A DNA stretch of 64,000 nucleotides. Source: Azolla caroliniana (taxonomy: Eukaryota; Plantae; Polypodiophyta). The stretch covers positions 1,302,001-1,366,000 of the forward strand of contig JBHGNT010000013.1 of NCBI GenBank assembly GCA_043228905.1, given 5' to 3'. Of this stretch, positions 12,634 through 23,800 are shown in pieces (position 1 is the first letter of the stretch; each line of letters opens with the position of its first letter). Under the pieces are notes generated by a model. It worked only from the letters and a program-made list of their open reading frames with translations, was not told the origin of the DNA and did not search any database. The position numbers and the translations under genes were made by a program.

Positions 12634-13339
12634 TGTCGAGCCCTTCAGCTCCGGATCGTTGCGTGAGTCGGGTGGGAACCGCCGAGGTTTTGGACTAGGA
12701 GGAAGAGGAATACAACTTAAGGCTAGTTATGAATAATAGGAAGAGAAGTGAGATAGTAATCTCGTGAATCCCACGAGTTTAGTGTATTTTAAAACAATAT
12801 TTAGATTATAAGAGTAATTTAGATGGCAAAATTCGTGAATCCCACAAATATATTAGATTGATCAATTCTTCTATATTAATCAACAACCATATACATATTT
12901 TTCTCCTCCTTATATAAAGATGGAAGAGGCTAAGCATGGCTTCATGCTTTTTCACCTAAAGTGCCCATGCACACTAAATGTGCATGTGATGCTTTGTCAT
13001 TTCCTAAATATAGGGCTCGTGCACGCTAGATGTGCATGAGTCACTTTTAATGTCACGTGTAAATAAAATATTCACACTCTAAAGAATACATGATTTTTAC
13101 CTTTTAATAAAGGTATGTGTAAATAAAGGTCTTATACGTATTAAATCTATATTTATAACACTAAAGATAAGTTATTACAATGGTAAAGTTGGGGTTTATC
13201 TACGTGGAGGTGCATGGTTCGAATCCTGCCCTATGCACGTGATAAATTCTTTTGATATATTATTTATTTATTTATATGTATCTAAATTCGGATATATTAT
13301 TTTATGGTTTTCACGTAGTGTGTGGAATACACTACGACA
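12634..13339 (-). repeat. 3' LTR of B (706 bp)
   Basis: TGTCG...CGACA ends. About 6 transitions versus the 5' LTR by eye. Confidence 0.95.
13173..13226 (+). promoter_or_regulatory. tRNA-like Pol III A/B-box cassette in B LTR (antisense to element)
   Basis: TATTACAATGG (13173) and GGTTCGAATCC (13216), 43 nt apart, with a T4 run near 13250. Confidence 0.55.
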
Positions 13340-13351
13340 CTCGCCCTCTCC

Positions 13352-16300
13352 GAACCCGCACATCCTCCGGTATGTGCCAAAGTTCTCGATTCCCCATATC
13401 CGTCTTCACCCAAAGCTTCCTCCGATTCTCCCCTTATGTCGACTATGAGTTGTAATTCACGTTCTTCGCTTCCCGCATCCCCGTGGTCTTCGTCTGATTG
13501 CTCCTCGTAGTTGGCCTTGGCTTGGATCACATAGGGTTTGTCGTCGGTCCGCTTCTTGAAAATCTTCACCCGCTTCCCGGCTATAGGCACTCGTAGTATT
13601 GTTCCATCCAACTCGGATAGTCGGTACGTTCCGTTGTCGAAGACTTTCCGAACCTCGTATGGCCCGAACCACCTTTTCGCGAATTTCCGCATCGTTGTAT
13701 GTTGATGGTCCAAACTACTGTCATAGACGATCACCCAGTCTCCTTCTTCAATCCTCCTCGGTTGTACTCGGTGCTTTGTGTCGAACCGGCTTTTGTTCCT
13801 TAATCGTGCTTCTTGTTGTCGGCGTATTGCTTCCGCTATGTCTGCCGGTCTTCCCTCTAGTTGTCGTATCCGGACCGCTAGTAGTTCTTCCCGGCTCATC
13901 TCTTCCTTCCACGGTAGCACTGTCCATGTTGCGATCGCGGTTTCCGTCGGCATTACCGGTGCTTGTCCGGTCATGAGTTCTGCCGGCATGTAACCGGTTA
14001 TGGAGCTATGCGTCGTCCGATCCGCCCATAGTGCATACGGAAGCATCTGCGGCCAGTCCTTCACCTTTCCATCGCATGCCTTCGCAAGTGCTTTTACGAT
14101 CGGACTATGTCCTCGTTCGATTTTCCCGTTGGCCTCCGGATTGTATGCCGTTGTCAGCGATAACCGAACTCCGTGTTTGGCGAAGAATCCCCTAACTTTG
14201 TCCGAGTCGAGTTCTCCCCGGTCTGCAATCACTTGTCCTACGCACCCGTACCTGCAAAATACTTCCTCCAAAAGAAATTGGCATACCGCGGAACACGTTT
14301 TCCTCCGAAGCGCTCGACCTTCTACTTGATTCGTGAGATCTTCCCGAGCTAATACCAAGTATTTCTTTTGTCCGATCCCGGTCGGCATGGCCACTATGTC
14401 GACCATCCACTTGAAGTTGATTGTCGGTGAGAATGTCGGATGTAACTCATCTCGATGTCGAACCTTGGAGTAGACTTGACATTTCTCGCAGCTTTCGGTA
14501 AACTCCGCGATATCTTTGTACATTTTCTTCCACCAATATTTTTGCTTGATCTTCACAAATGTTGCCCATGTTCCTCGGTGTCCAGCCCAATCGGATTCGT
14601 GAAACTCGGACATTATCCGGTTTCGTTGCTCTTTTGTCCCGACTACTCGAAGTGGTATACCATCCGGTCTTTTCGGCGCCCTCCATATTAATCCGTTTTC
14701 CAAGAAGAACTTTTGGACTTGCCTCTTCTTCCTTCGGATCTCGGCTCTTCTTCCTTTATCGTTTGTCGAGTCCTCGGCCTCTTTTAACATCTTTCCGATC
14801 ATCAAATTTTCTCCCTCATATTCTTCTTCCCGAAATTCTCGGATTACGTTCACTCGGCATATGTGCTCCGACGCGAAGTAGTCTTCGGAAACTTCTTCAT
14901 TATCCGATTCGGTTATGTCGTCTCCGAACCGAGCCCTTGATAACATATCTGCTACCGCATCATCCCGAGTATCGGAAGACAATCCGTCTCGATCACCACT
15001 TCGGCACCGATCAAATAATCCCGATCCGATTTTATCGCCGACACGACTCCCCACAATTCTCTTTTGACTTGTGCATATCCACGTTGCCTTTCGTTGAGAA
15101 CCTTTGCTCCGAATCGGATCGGATACCGCGAACCATCCGAGTCGGCTTGATTGATGACCTACTCGATACCGGTTGGACTTGTATCAACCGTTACTATGAT
15201 CGGTCGGTCATAGCTCGGCTTCTTAAGTGCTTCCGCCCTCCGAAGTGTCTTCTTCAATTTCTTCATGGCTTTGGTGTGTTCCGGTTTCCATTCGAATCTC
15301 TTACCTTTCCGCAACAAGTGGTAGAGCGGGTCCGCTATATGTGCATAGTGCGGAATCCATATGTGATAGAATGCACATGCACTGAGAAACCTTCGGACTT
15401 CGGATGTTGACTCGCATACTTCCTCCATAGCTTGAATCGCATCGATCTTTGTTGGTGACGGTCTTCGGCCGTAGGGCCCACATAGATGTCCGACCACCAA
15501 TATTTCTTCTTGCCCGAATGCCGATTTCTCCCCGGAAAGTGTTAGGTGCACATCTTCTAGCTTTTGCAATACTTTCTCGCAAGCATGAATATGGTCGACC
15601 ACGAACTTTCGGCATCCCCGATCATCCATAGTCTCATCTTTTTCTTCTACCGCGCATCCTTTCATCGGAATGTCATCGAGGAACGGCATCGTTATCTCCG
15701 GAATGCAGTCTCGAAGCACCTTGTTCATCGCGTTCATCATATGAGCAACCGAGTTTGTTGCTCCTTGTGGTAGTGTGCACATAATGACTAATCCTATCGG
15801 TGTTCGCATGGTTGTGATGTCTCGGCTCTCCACGGCTAGTTGGAATTGGTCATACCCTGAGTATAGGTCTCCGATGGAGTATATCGCACGACCAGCAAAA
15901 GCTTCCGCAAATTCGTCCACTATCGGACCGACTCCCGAGTTCCGGATCGTGACCTTATTCACCGGTTGCAAGTCTTGGATAAATCGGAGTGACCCATTCT
16001 TCTTCGGAACCGTAAACCATCGATTTGAGTACGGAGCAGTTGATGGCTCTAGAATCCCCATCGCCACCTTCTCCTTGAGCAAGTCAATGACTTTCGGAAT
16101 ATGCGCTCGTGGCACCGGAATCGGCTTCAGATTCCACGGTACATGGTCAATCGTAAAGATCACCATCGGCTCCACTATTCTCGGATCGATGCACCCTATC
16201 TCCCTTGATGTAAATGCAAACGCTTTGCCGTGTTGCTCCAACATCTCGCGAAACCATTCTTCTTCTTTCTGTAATAGGAACCCACCTCCACCGATCCGAA

Positions 16301-16841
16301 GTTTCTTCCGGGTCTCATCCGTGAAGGCATGTCCGATATCCACGGACTTCCGAAGTGTCGGATCTCCTGAGACTTCTTTCCTCTTTTGTTCGCTATCGGC
16401 AGGTAGTGGTCCCGCGGCCGGTTTCACCTTCTTCTCCACGGTCTTGTATTTCGTACTTACCATTGCTTCTTCTTTACGGAGCGTATCCGGCTCCATTTTC
16501 GCAATGATCTCGTACATCTCGACCGATTCCACCGGGACTACCCGGTTCCCTTGGCTTTTATCTTCCGCAAGCTCTTCAAGTCGTTGTAACGTGCTCCCAT
16601 AGAACACTTCCTCGACTATCCCCACGATTTCTTCATCTTCTTTTATTATTGATGCCGACCGCAACTTATCCTCCACTTGTCGGTATCCTTTCTTCAATCC
16701 CCCGGTTACGGTCGTGTACGTAGATGCCCCATCCGGACCGATTCGTACATGTTTTGCTCCGAGAGTTTTCTTCCTGTGTGGGGTATCATGGCTTCTCGGA
16801 CTATCACTTCCCCACTTCGCAACAGTCCGCTTTAAAAATCC
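13352..16841 (-). pseudogene. B pol (RT-RH-IN), disrupted
   Basis: RT PYSNRWFTVPKKNG and PFLDD, RNase H VDTSPTG, integrase GHRG...CEKC, DRGE, PEANGKIERGH, WFGPY. Stop at 15159 and a deletion near 14960 relative to C. Confidence 0.92.
16778..16841 (-). promoter_or_regulatory. Predicted -1 frameshift signal of B (G GAU UUU plus H-type pseudoknot)
   Basis: Heptamer at 16835-16841. 11-bp stem CGGACTGTTGC/GTGATAGTCCG; loop GTGGGG pairs with downstream CCCCAC. The -1 frame is open into pol. Confidence 0.8.
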
Positions 16842-18874
16842 ATTCTCACTTGGGACAAGAGTTCCCTCTTGTTCCTTTCGTGATTTGCCGGCACCGTTAG
16901 GAATTGGACGGATTTCCCACCGTTTTGGCTCCGAATTCGCGCAAAAGCCGCACCGCTATCGAGCACCTTCGTCTCCATCCGTGATGCCGTGATAAAGGGT
17001 TGGCCGAGGATGACGGAATGTGAAATCTCATCTTGCACGAAGAAATTTTGGTCGATCTCGACATCCCCGATCTTCACCGTCACATCCGGACAAGCCGCAA
17101 ATAGATCTTCCGTTGCTTTGGTGGCTGCCCGAATCTTCCATCCATGGTTGGTGTTAATAGGCCACTTCCCCTTCCGGTAGAACTCCTTGGACATCAAGTT
17201 GATCTCCGATCCGTGATCAATCAATGCTAGCACAGGTTCTTTGATGTTGCCGATTCGGACCGGAGTCTCCGTAGTTGCGCGTGCCCAATGTGGCCTTGTA
17301 TAGTGGGAGTTCGGAATTTCGTCCTCCGCTTCGGTGTCGCTCATTAAAATGGTGTTCGCATTCACCCTTGGAGCATTTTCCTCCGTACTTTGTCTTTTTC
17401 GCTTCACGAGATCCACGAGAAGATCGTGGAACTCCTTCTTTGCTATTCCGAGTAGCTCCCGAAGCGAGAAATCTACCCGGCTATCCAAGATTCTTTCCTC
17501 GAACACTCTTTTCAAGTCGGTTTGTTGTTCTATGTCTGAGGCGAGCTTGAATGCCGGAGTCACCTTTTCTTTTCCCTTACCTCCGGAGTTCCAACTTCCC
17601 GGTATCTTCGATGGCCCGGCCGCATCCTCCGTGCGTCGTCGTTTCTCGTCCACATACACCTTATGCAATTGACACAGGGCGTATACGCTATTCTTGTCGA
17701 CAGGGCACTCCCATCCCGTAGCTTCCCGGACGCCTTCCGCGGTGCTTCGGATCTCGTTGGAGTCGGTTTTCTCGGTGTTTTCTAGAACTTCCGGCCAAAA
17801 AGACGTCTTTGCTCTCGATGACTCTCCGACACATATTCCTGCGGTTGTCGCATAGTTGCTTCTTGCCGCCAATTCCTCCTCGAGCACCTTCTTCATGCCG
17901 CCTTTCCGGAAGTTCGGTCGGAGTGGCTTCCGAGAGTCCATCGAATGAATCCGGTTTCCCTCGTAGTAGATGAGATCCCGCCGTAGCGCCTCCTTATGCT
18001 CGTCGCAATCCCTCCGATCGTGTTCGGCGCTATCGCACCATATGCACCGTCGGTCCGTATACTTGGAGCTTGTGGGGCGGTCATCCGACTTCTTCACCAT
18101 CGCGATCTTCAGATTCTCCATCTCCTTCAATAGTTGCTCCACCGTAGATGCATCAATTCCCTTCTCGGTTGTAGTCTCCCGAGCCCTTGGTTGATGGTCT
18201 TCCAATCCGGTTCTCGGTTTTGGAATCGGTTCCGAAACCCTCTTTTCCTCGTTGGCAAGCCATTGCCCCCTCTTCGTGTATCGCGCGACGATATCCCGCA
18301 CGCTTTCCCATGTTTCGGTGAGGCCGCTCTCCGTGGTCGTGTCCTCCAAGAGCACTCCGAGATCTTTCCGGTCCCGGACGTCCACGGCTCGCAAGAACAT
18401 GATTACCTTGTCCGGTACGAGGATAGCTTGATCTCTCGCAGACAACCTCCCGAATCGGCTTTCGAATGCCGAAAACACATCAACGACCTTCAATCCCTTG
18501 TCCGACGTCTCCACCCAATCTTCGAATCCCCTTCGCGTCGCCTTGGAGGAATCCTCGATGGCGAACGTCCTCTTTAGCTCTACTTCAAACGCCTCCCATG
18601 TCGGATTTTGCTGTCGTAGCCCATGGATGCTTGCTTGAAGCCCGTCGGTCGCCACCCGGTTGAAGGACGTCACTTGCAGTCCTTCCGATATTCCGCACCA
18701 TAGCATCTCCGCCTTGTAATCTCGAAGATACCGCGACACGTCTTTCCCGTTGAATTGTCCGTTTCGTTGCACGAGCCGCTCCACTGAGGCCGCTATCTCC
18801 GACATCGCGCGTTGTTCTTGTAGCATGCGCTCGAACATCATCATCATGTTGCTAGCCTCTTGTTGATTTTCCAT
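16832..18874 (-). CDS. B Gag-protease
   Basis: Open frame with CCHC CIWCDSAEHDRRDC and protease LIDHGSEINL. Homologous to 45709-47835. First ATG at 18874. Confidence 0.88.
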   Translation of the reverse strand: MENQQEASNMMMMFERMLQEQRAMSEIAASVERLVQRNGQFNGKDVSRYLRDYKAEMLWCGISEGLQVTSFNRVATDGLQASIHGLRQQNPTWEAFEVELKRTFAIEDSSKATRRGFEDWVETSDKGLKVVDVFSAFESRFGRLSARDQAILVPDKVIMFLRAVDVRDRKDLGVLLEDTTTESGLTETWESVRDIVARYTKRGQWLANEEKRVSEPIPKPRTGLEDHQPRARETTTEKGIDASTVEQLLKEMENLKIAMVKKSDDRPTSSKYTDRRCIWCDSAEHDRRDCDEHKEALRRDLIYYEGNRIHSMDSRKPLRPNFRKGGMKKVLEEELAARSNYATTAGICVGESSRAKTSFWPEVLENTEKTDSNEIRSTAEGVREATGWECPVDKNSVYALCQLHKVYVDEKRRRTEDAAGPSKIPGSWNSGGKGKEKVTPAFKLASDIEQQTDLKRVFEERILDSRVDFSLRELLGIAKKEFHDLLVDLVKRKRQSTEENAPRVNANTILMSDTEAEDEIPNSHYTRPHWARATTETPVRIGNIKEPVLALIDHGSEINLMSKEFYRKGKWPINTNHGWKIRAATKATEDLFAACPDVTVKIGDVEIDQNFFVQDEISHSVILGQPFITASRMETKVLDSGAAFARIRSQNGGKSVQFLTVPANHERNKRELLSQVRMDF

Positions 18875-18890
18875 CTCCTTGCCACCCGTT

Positions 18891-18908
18891 TTCACGTCGG
18901 GTTCACCA
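18891..18908 (-). promoter_or_regulatory. PBS, tRNA-Trp (B)
   Basis: TGGTGAACCCGACGTGAA, complementary to the plant tRNA-Trp 3' end (...TTCACGTCGGGTTCACCA, recalled sequence). Confidence 0.85.
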
Positions 18909-18912
18909 GCTG

Positions 18913-19595
18913 TGTCGAGCCCTTCGGCTCCGGATCGTTGCGTGAGTCGGGTGGGAACCGCCGAGGTTTTGGACTAGGAGGAAGAGGAATACAACTTAAG
19001 GCTAGTTATGAATAATAGGAAGAGAAGTGAGATAGTAATCTCGTGAATCCCACAAGTTTAGTGTATTTTAAAACAATATTTAGATTATAAGAGTAATTTA
19101 GATGGCAAAATTCGTGAATCCCACAAATATATTAGATTGATCAATTCTTCTATATTAATCAACAACCATATACATATTTTTCTCCTCCTTATATAAAGAT
19201 GGAAGAGGCTAAGCATGGCTTCATGCTTTTTCACCTAAAGTGCCCATGCACACTAAATGTGCATGTGATGCTTTGTCATTTCCTAAATATAGGGCTCGTG
19301 CACGCTAGATGTGCATGAGTCACTTTTAATGTCACGTGTAAATAAAATATTCACACTCTAAAGAATACATGATTTTTACCTTTTAATAAAGGTATGTATA
19401 AATAAAGGTCTTATACGTATTAAATCTATATTTATAACACTAAAGATAAGTTATTACAATGGTAAAGTTGGGGTTTATCTACGTGGAGGTACATGGTTTG
19501 AATCCTGCCCTATGCATGTGATAAATTCTTTTGATATATTATTTATTTATTTATATGTATCTAAATTCGGATATATTATTTTATGGTTTTCACGT
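18913..19595 (-). repeat. 5' LTR of B, main piece
   Basis: Direct repeat of 12634-13316. Confidence 0.95.
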
Positions 19596-20359
19596 TGTCG
19601 TGCCTTTCGGCTCCGGATCGTTGCGTGAGTCGGGTGGGAACCGCTGGGGTTTTGGACTAGGAAGAGGAGAGTTTTAAGGCTAATAAGAATATAAATATGT
19701 TGTAAGAAAGAGTTATAGCAAACTCGTGAATCCCACGAGTGTATTGTATTAGATTAATCAATATGAATATAAGAATATAAACTTCGGTTGAAAGAGAATG
19801 ATATAGAATTCTCGTGAATCCCACGAGTATAGTTTATTAATTGGTGTTTTTTAGAAACATATCTAGTTTCCAAATATTTTTCACACCTATTACATTGTGC
19901 TCCCCATCCTTATGTAGTGATGGGAGAGACTAAGCATAGCTACATGCTTTTTCTCATATGTTCATGCACACTAAATGTGCATGTGATGCTTTTCTAATCC
20001 TTGCTTTTATTTGCTAAATATAGTGCTCATGCACGCTAGATGTGCATGAGTCACTTTTTAGTTGCTTGCGTTGTTTTTTTTCTATAAAATATTCACGCAC
20101 TCTAAAAATGCATGATTTACCTTTTAATAAAGGTAGGCGCAAATAAAGCACTTATAGTTATTAAATCTATTTATAGAACACTAAAGATAAGGTAGCATAA
20201 TGGTAAAGTTGAGGTTTGGCTATGTGGAGGTACAAGGTTCAAATCTTGCCCTATGCACGTGATAAATATTTTGATATTCTTATTTTATTCATTTATATGT
20301 AATTAAATCGATTATATTATTTTTACTTTTTCACGTAGTGTACGAAATACACTACGACA
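19596..20359 (-). mobile_element. Solo LTR of a B-related subfamily, inserted in the 5' LTR of B
   Basis: TGTCG...CGACA. Colinear with but diverged from the B LTR. TSD ACGT at 19592-19595 and 20360-20363. Confidence 0.92.
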
Positions 20360-20382
20360 ACGTAGTGTGTGGAATACACTAC

Positions 20383-20837
20383 TATTATAGATCATAGTAC
20401 TAATGTAAGCTTAAGATAAGGATAATGAAAAGATAGATAGAAAGGAGAAAGAGAAAGAAGGGTGCCGATCCACCCGACCACCCCCGAGCGAAGGGATCGA
20501 GACGGACTCGAGCCTCGATCGGCGTCCCATACCACCGCCGTGGCGTCGAGTCGTACCTGGTGCTGCCGCGCTCGCTACAAGAGTTGACCCACCACACGAG
20601 CAGAGTCTCGATGTAGTCACAAGATCCTCAAATGAGGGTAGCTAGGCCTCTTATTTATAGCGAAACCCAAGGCCCCCAGGCAAGTTCACACTTGACCTAA
20701 TGGGTTGTCTCAATCCCGAGGATTAAAAGTAATCCTCCCCTTCTTTACACTCTCATTTAACCCTCACACTTATCCACGTGTATAGAATACTACGGTAAAT
20801 TCTTACCACGGGATATTATATGGTCATGCCCGTAACA
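20383..20837 (-). repeat. 3' LTR of A3
   Basis: 455-bp direct repeat of 26946-27400. Confidence 0.97.
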
Positions 20838-20847
20838 TACTCCCCCT

Positions 20848-23800
20848 CTATAAAACATTGCACTCTTGCAATGGAAAGTTAGGGAAGTTAGTTCTAAGAG
20901 TATTTTCGCGTTCCCATGTGGCATCTTTTATTGATTTATCCATCCATTTTATTTTGAATTCTCGGATTTCTTTAGTACGTAATTTTTTTGTTTTAACATC
21001 GAGAATTCTTTCTGGCACATGTGGTTTAGAAGATAATTCTTCAGAAGTAACCAGAGTTTCAGTCGTAACTGTATTGTCGCCAGAACCTAGAAGTTCTTTT
21101 AGACGACTCACATGAAAGACTGGATGAATTCCGACACCATCGGGAAGAGCGAGACGATAGGCTGATGACCCAATGCGTTTGAGGACTGTAAAAGGTCCAC
21201 AAAACCGTGGGGCTAACTTAGCGCACTTACCCGTAGACAATGTCTTAGAATTGTGAGGTACACGTAAAAATACCTTCTGTCCAGGGTTGAATACACGAGG
21301 TTGCCTATGATGATCGGCATAAAAACGCGCTCTATCTTGAGCTGTTTTTATATTATCTCGTGCAATATGCAACATATCTTGCATATCCCGAAGAAAGTTT
21401 TGCGTACTTCGCAACTCATCATGATGTATAGTAACATCAATCGGGGCTCGTGGCTGAAAACCATACATCAACATAAAAGGACTATATCCCGTCGACGTAT
21501 GCTTGGAGCTGTTATAAGCAAACTCCAAAATTGGGAGATAACGTTCCCATTTTGTTGGTTTTGCACCAACGTATGCTCGAAGCATGTCCTCAATAATTTG
21601 ATTTACTCGTTCTGTCTGTCCATCGGATTGAGGATGATCCGTGGAGCTCATGCTCAACGTAGTTTCTAACTTCTTAAAGACTTGTGTCCAGAAGTCACTA
21701 GTAAACTTTGGATCTCGATCACTCACGATATCCATCGGTAACCCATAAAAACGAAACAATTCGTCAACGAATTGGTAAGCCAATTCAGGAGCTGTTACCG
21801 TGGTTTTAGTAGCAATAAATCTGGCCATTTTAGTTAGTCGATCAACGACAACCCAGATGGCATCATGACCTTTTTGGGTGCGAGGAAGGCTAACAATAAA
21901 ATCCATGGATATACTTTCCCACTTATTATTGGGAATGTCCAAGGGATGTAAAAGTCCTGCGGCTTTAAGTCGCTCGGCTTTGTTAACCTGACACTGGTGA
22001 CATTTAGTCACATAGCTATGTATGTAAGGACGCATCTTAGGCCAATAAAATTGAGTGGAGATAAGAACGAGTGTACGATGTATTCCAGGGTGCCCTGCGG
22101 AGGGTGCATCATGGCATTCAAAAAGAATCCTCTTTTTGACCTCGGGTAAATCTGGAAGACAAACCTTCCCATTACGGTAGAGCAAACCGTTAGCAATGTG
22201 GAAGTATTCCTTCGAGGATGTGGTGGTGTCTGTTCCAGACTCAACTCTTGCCCAGTATTTTGCGAAATAACTGTCATCAGGATACTTTCCTCGAAGGTGA
22301 TCATAAAGATCTGATGATATTTCAGTGAAGCTAAGCATGTTAACTTCACGGATGCGACTTAGTGCATCAGCGACAGTGTTCATGGAACCTTTACGATATC
22401 GTATGGAAAAATCAAAGTCCTGGATGAGATCAGCCCATCGTGCCTTACGACCTTTCAGGTCTTGTTGGTCACAAAAATATTTCAAGGACTCGTGGTTCGT
22501 AGTTACCACAAAGTGATTTCCATAAAGATAATGGCGCCATGTTTTGAGCGCATGTATAACTGCAAATAATTCCTTTTCTTGAACGGTATACCGACATTGA
22601 GCAGAATCAAGTTTCTTACTCTCGAATGCTATTGGTTTACCATCTTGATACAAGACAGCACCTATAGCATAATCGCTTGCATCGGTTTCAACCTCAAAAG
22701 GTTTTGAAGGATCGGGTAAAAGAAGTGAAGGAGCCTTGCAAACCAGGTCCTTGAGTTCCTTAAATGCAAGGTCTAGTGTAGCATTCCACACAATAGGTTT
22801 TGTAGACTTACGCGTTTGACCTTTTAAAAGATCAGTAAACGGCGTCGTCAATTGGGAGTAATTACGAAGAGACTTTCGCAAAAACCCCACAAAACCAAGG
22901 AATGATCGAACTTCTCGAATATTCCGAAGAGTGGGCCAAAGCTTGATTTTCTCAATGCGAGAAGGATCAATTTCAACTCCTCGTTCGGTTATGAGATGTC
23001 CTAGATAAGTAATTGATTTCTTGAAGAACTCACATTTTGAGATCTTCGCATAAAACTGTTTGTCACGCAATGTTTGTAAAACAAAGCGGACATGTCTAGC
23101 ATGTTCTTGTAATGTACGGCTATAAACTAAAATATCATCCAAGAAAATAACGACAAATTTTCCAAGTTGTTCTCGGAAAATGTCATTCATTTCTTGTTGG
23201 AAAGTAGCCGGAGCATTGGTCAAACCAAAAGGCATAACCAAAAACTCGTAATGGCCATAGCGCGTACGAAATGCCGTTTTAGGAACATCGTCCTCACTTA
23301 TTCGTATTTGATGGTAGCCAGTACGGAGATCAAGTTTCGTAAAATACCGAGCTCCCTGGAGACGGTCAATTAGATCGTCAGCCCGGGGCAATGGATACGA
23401 ATTCTTGATCGTCACTTTATTCAAGCGTCGGTAATTAATACACATACGCCATGTGCCCTCTTTCTTTTTAACCAAGAGAACTGGTGCACCCCATGGAGAT
23501 TTACTATAACGTATATAACCCATTCGTAAATAGTCCTTGAGTTGCTTAGATACCTCATCTTCTTCGGATCGACTTAAGCGATACGGAGGTATACTTATTG
23601 GTGCAACACCAGGTACAATATCTATACGATGGTCTATATTACGTTTAGGAGGTAACCCATCAGGTAGTTCACTTGGAAAAACATCATGAAAATCATTTAA
23701 GATTTCATCAAGTTGTTGTTGTTCAAAATATGTTAATTGAATCGGGACATTATCGATATTGTAAACGTGAATGTCCGGATCAAGTACACAATAAAATAAC

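Noticed and set aside
13166-13240. Bona fide tRNA genes here and at 35070-35145
   Set aside because: No complete cloverleaf or anticodon arm; kept only as tRNA-like promoter cassettes.
13297-15054. 585-aa ORF as an independent gene
   Set aside because: It is the B integrase region with an out-of-frame N-terminus created by a deletion.
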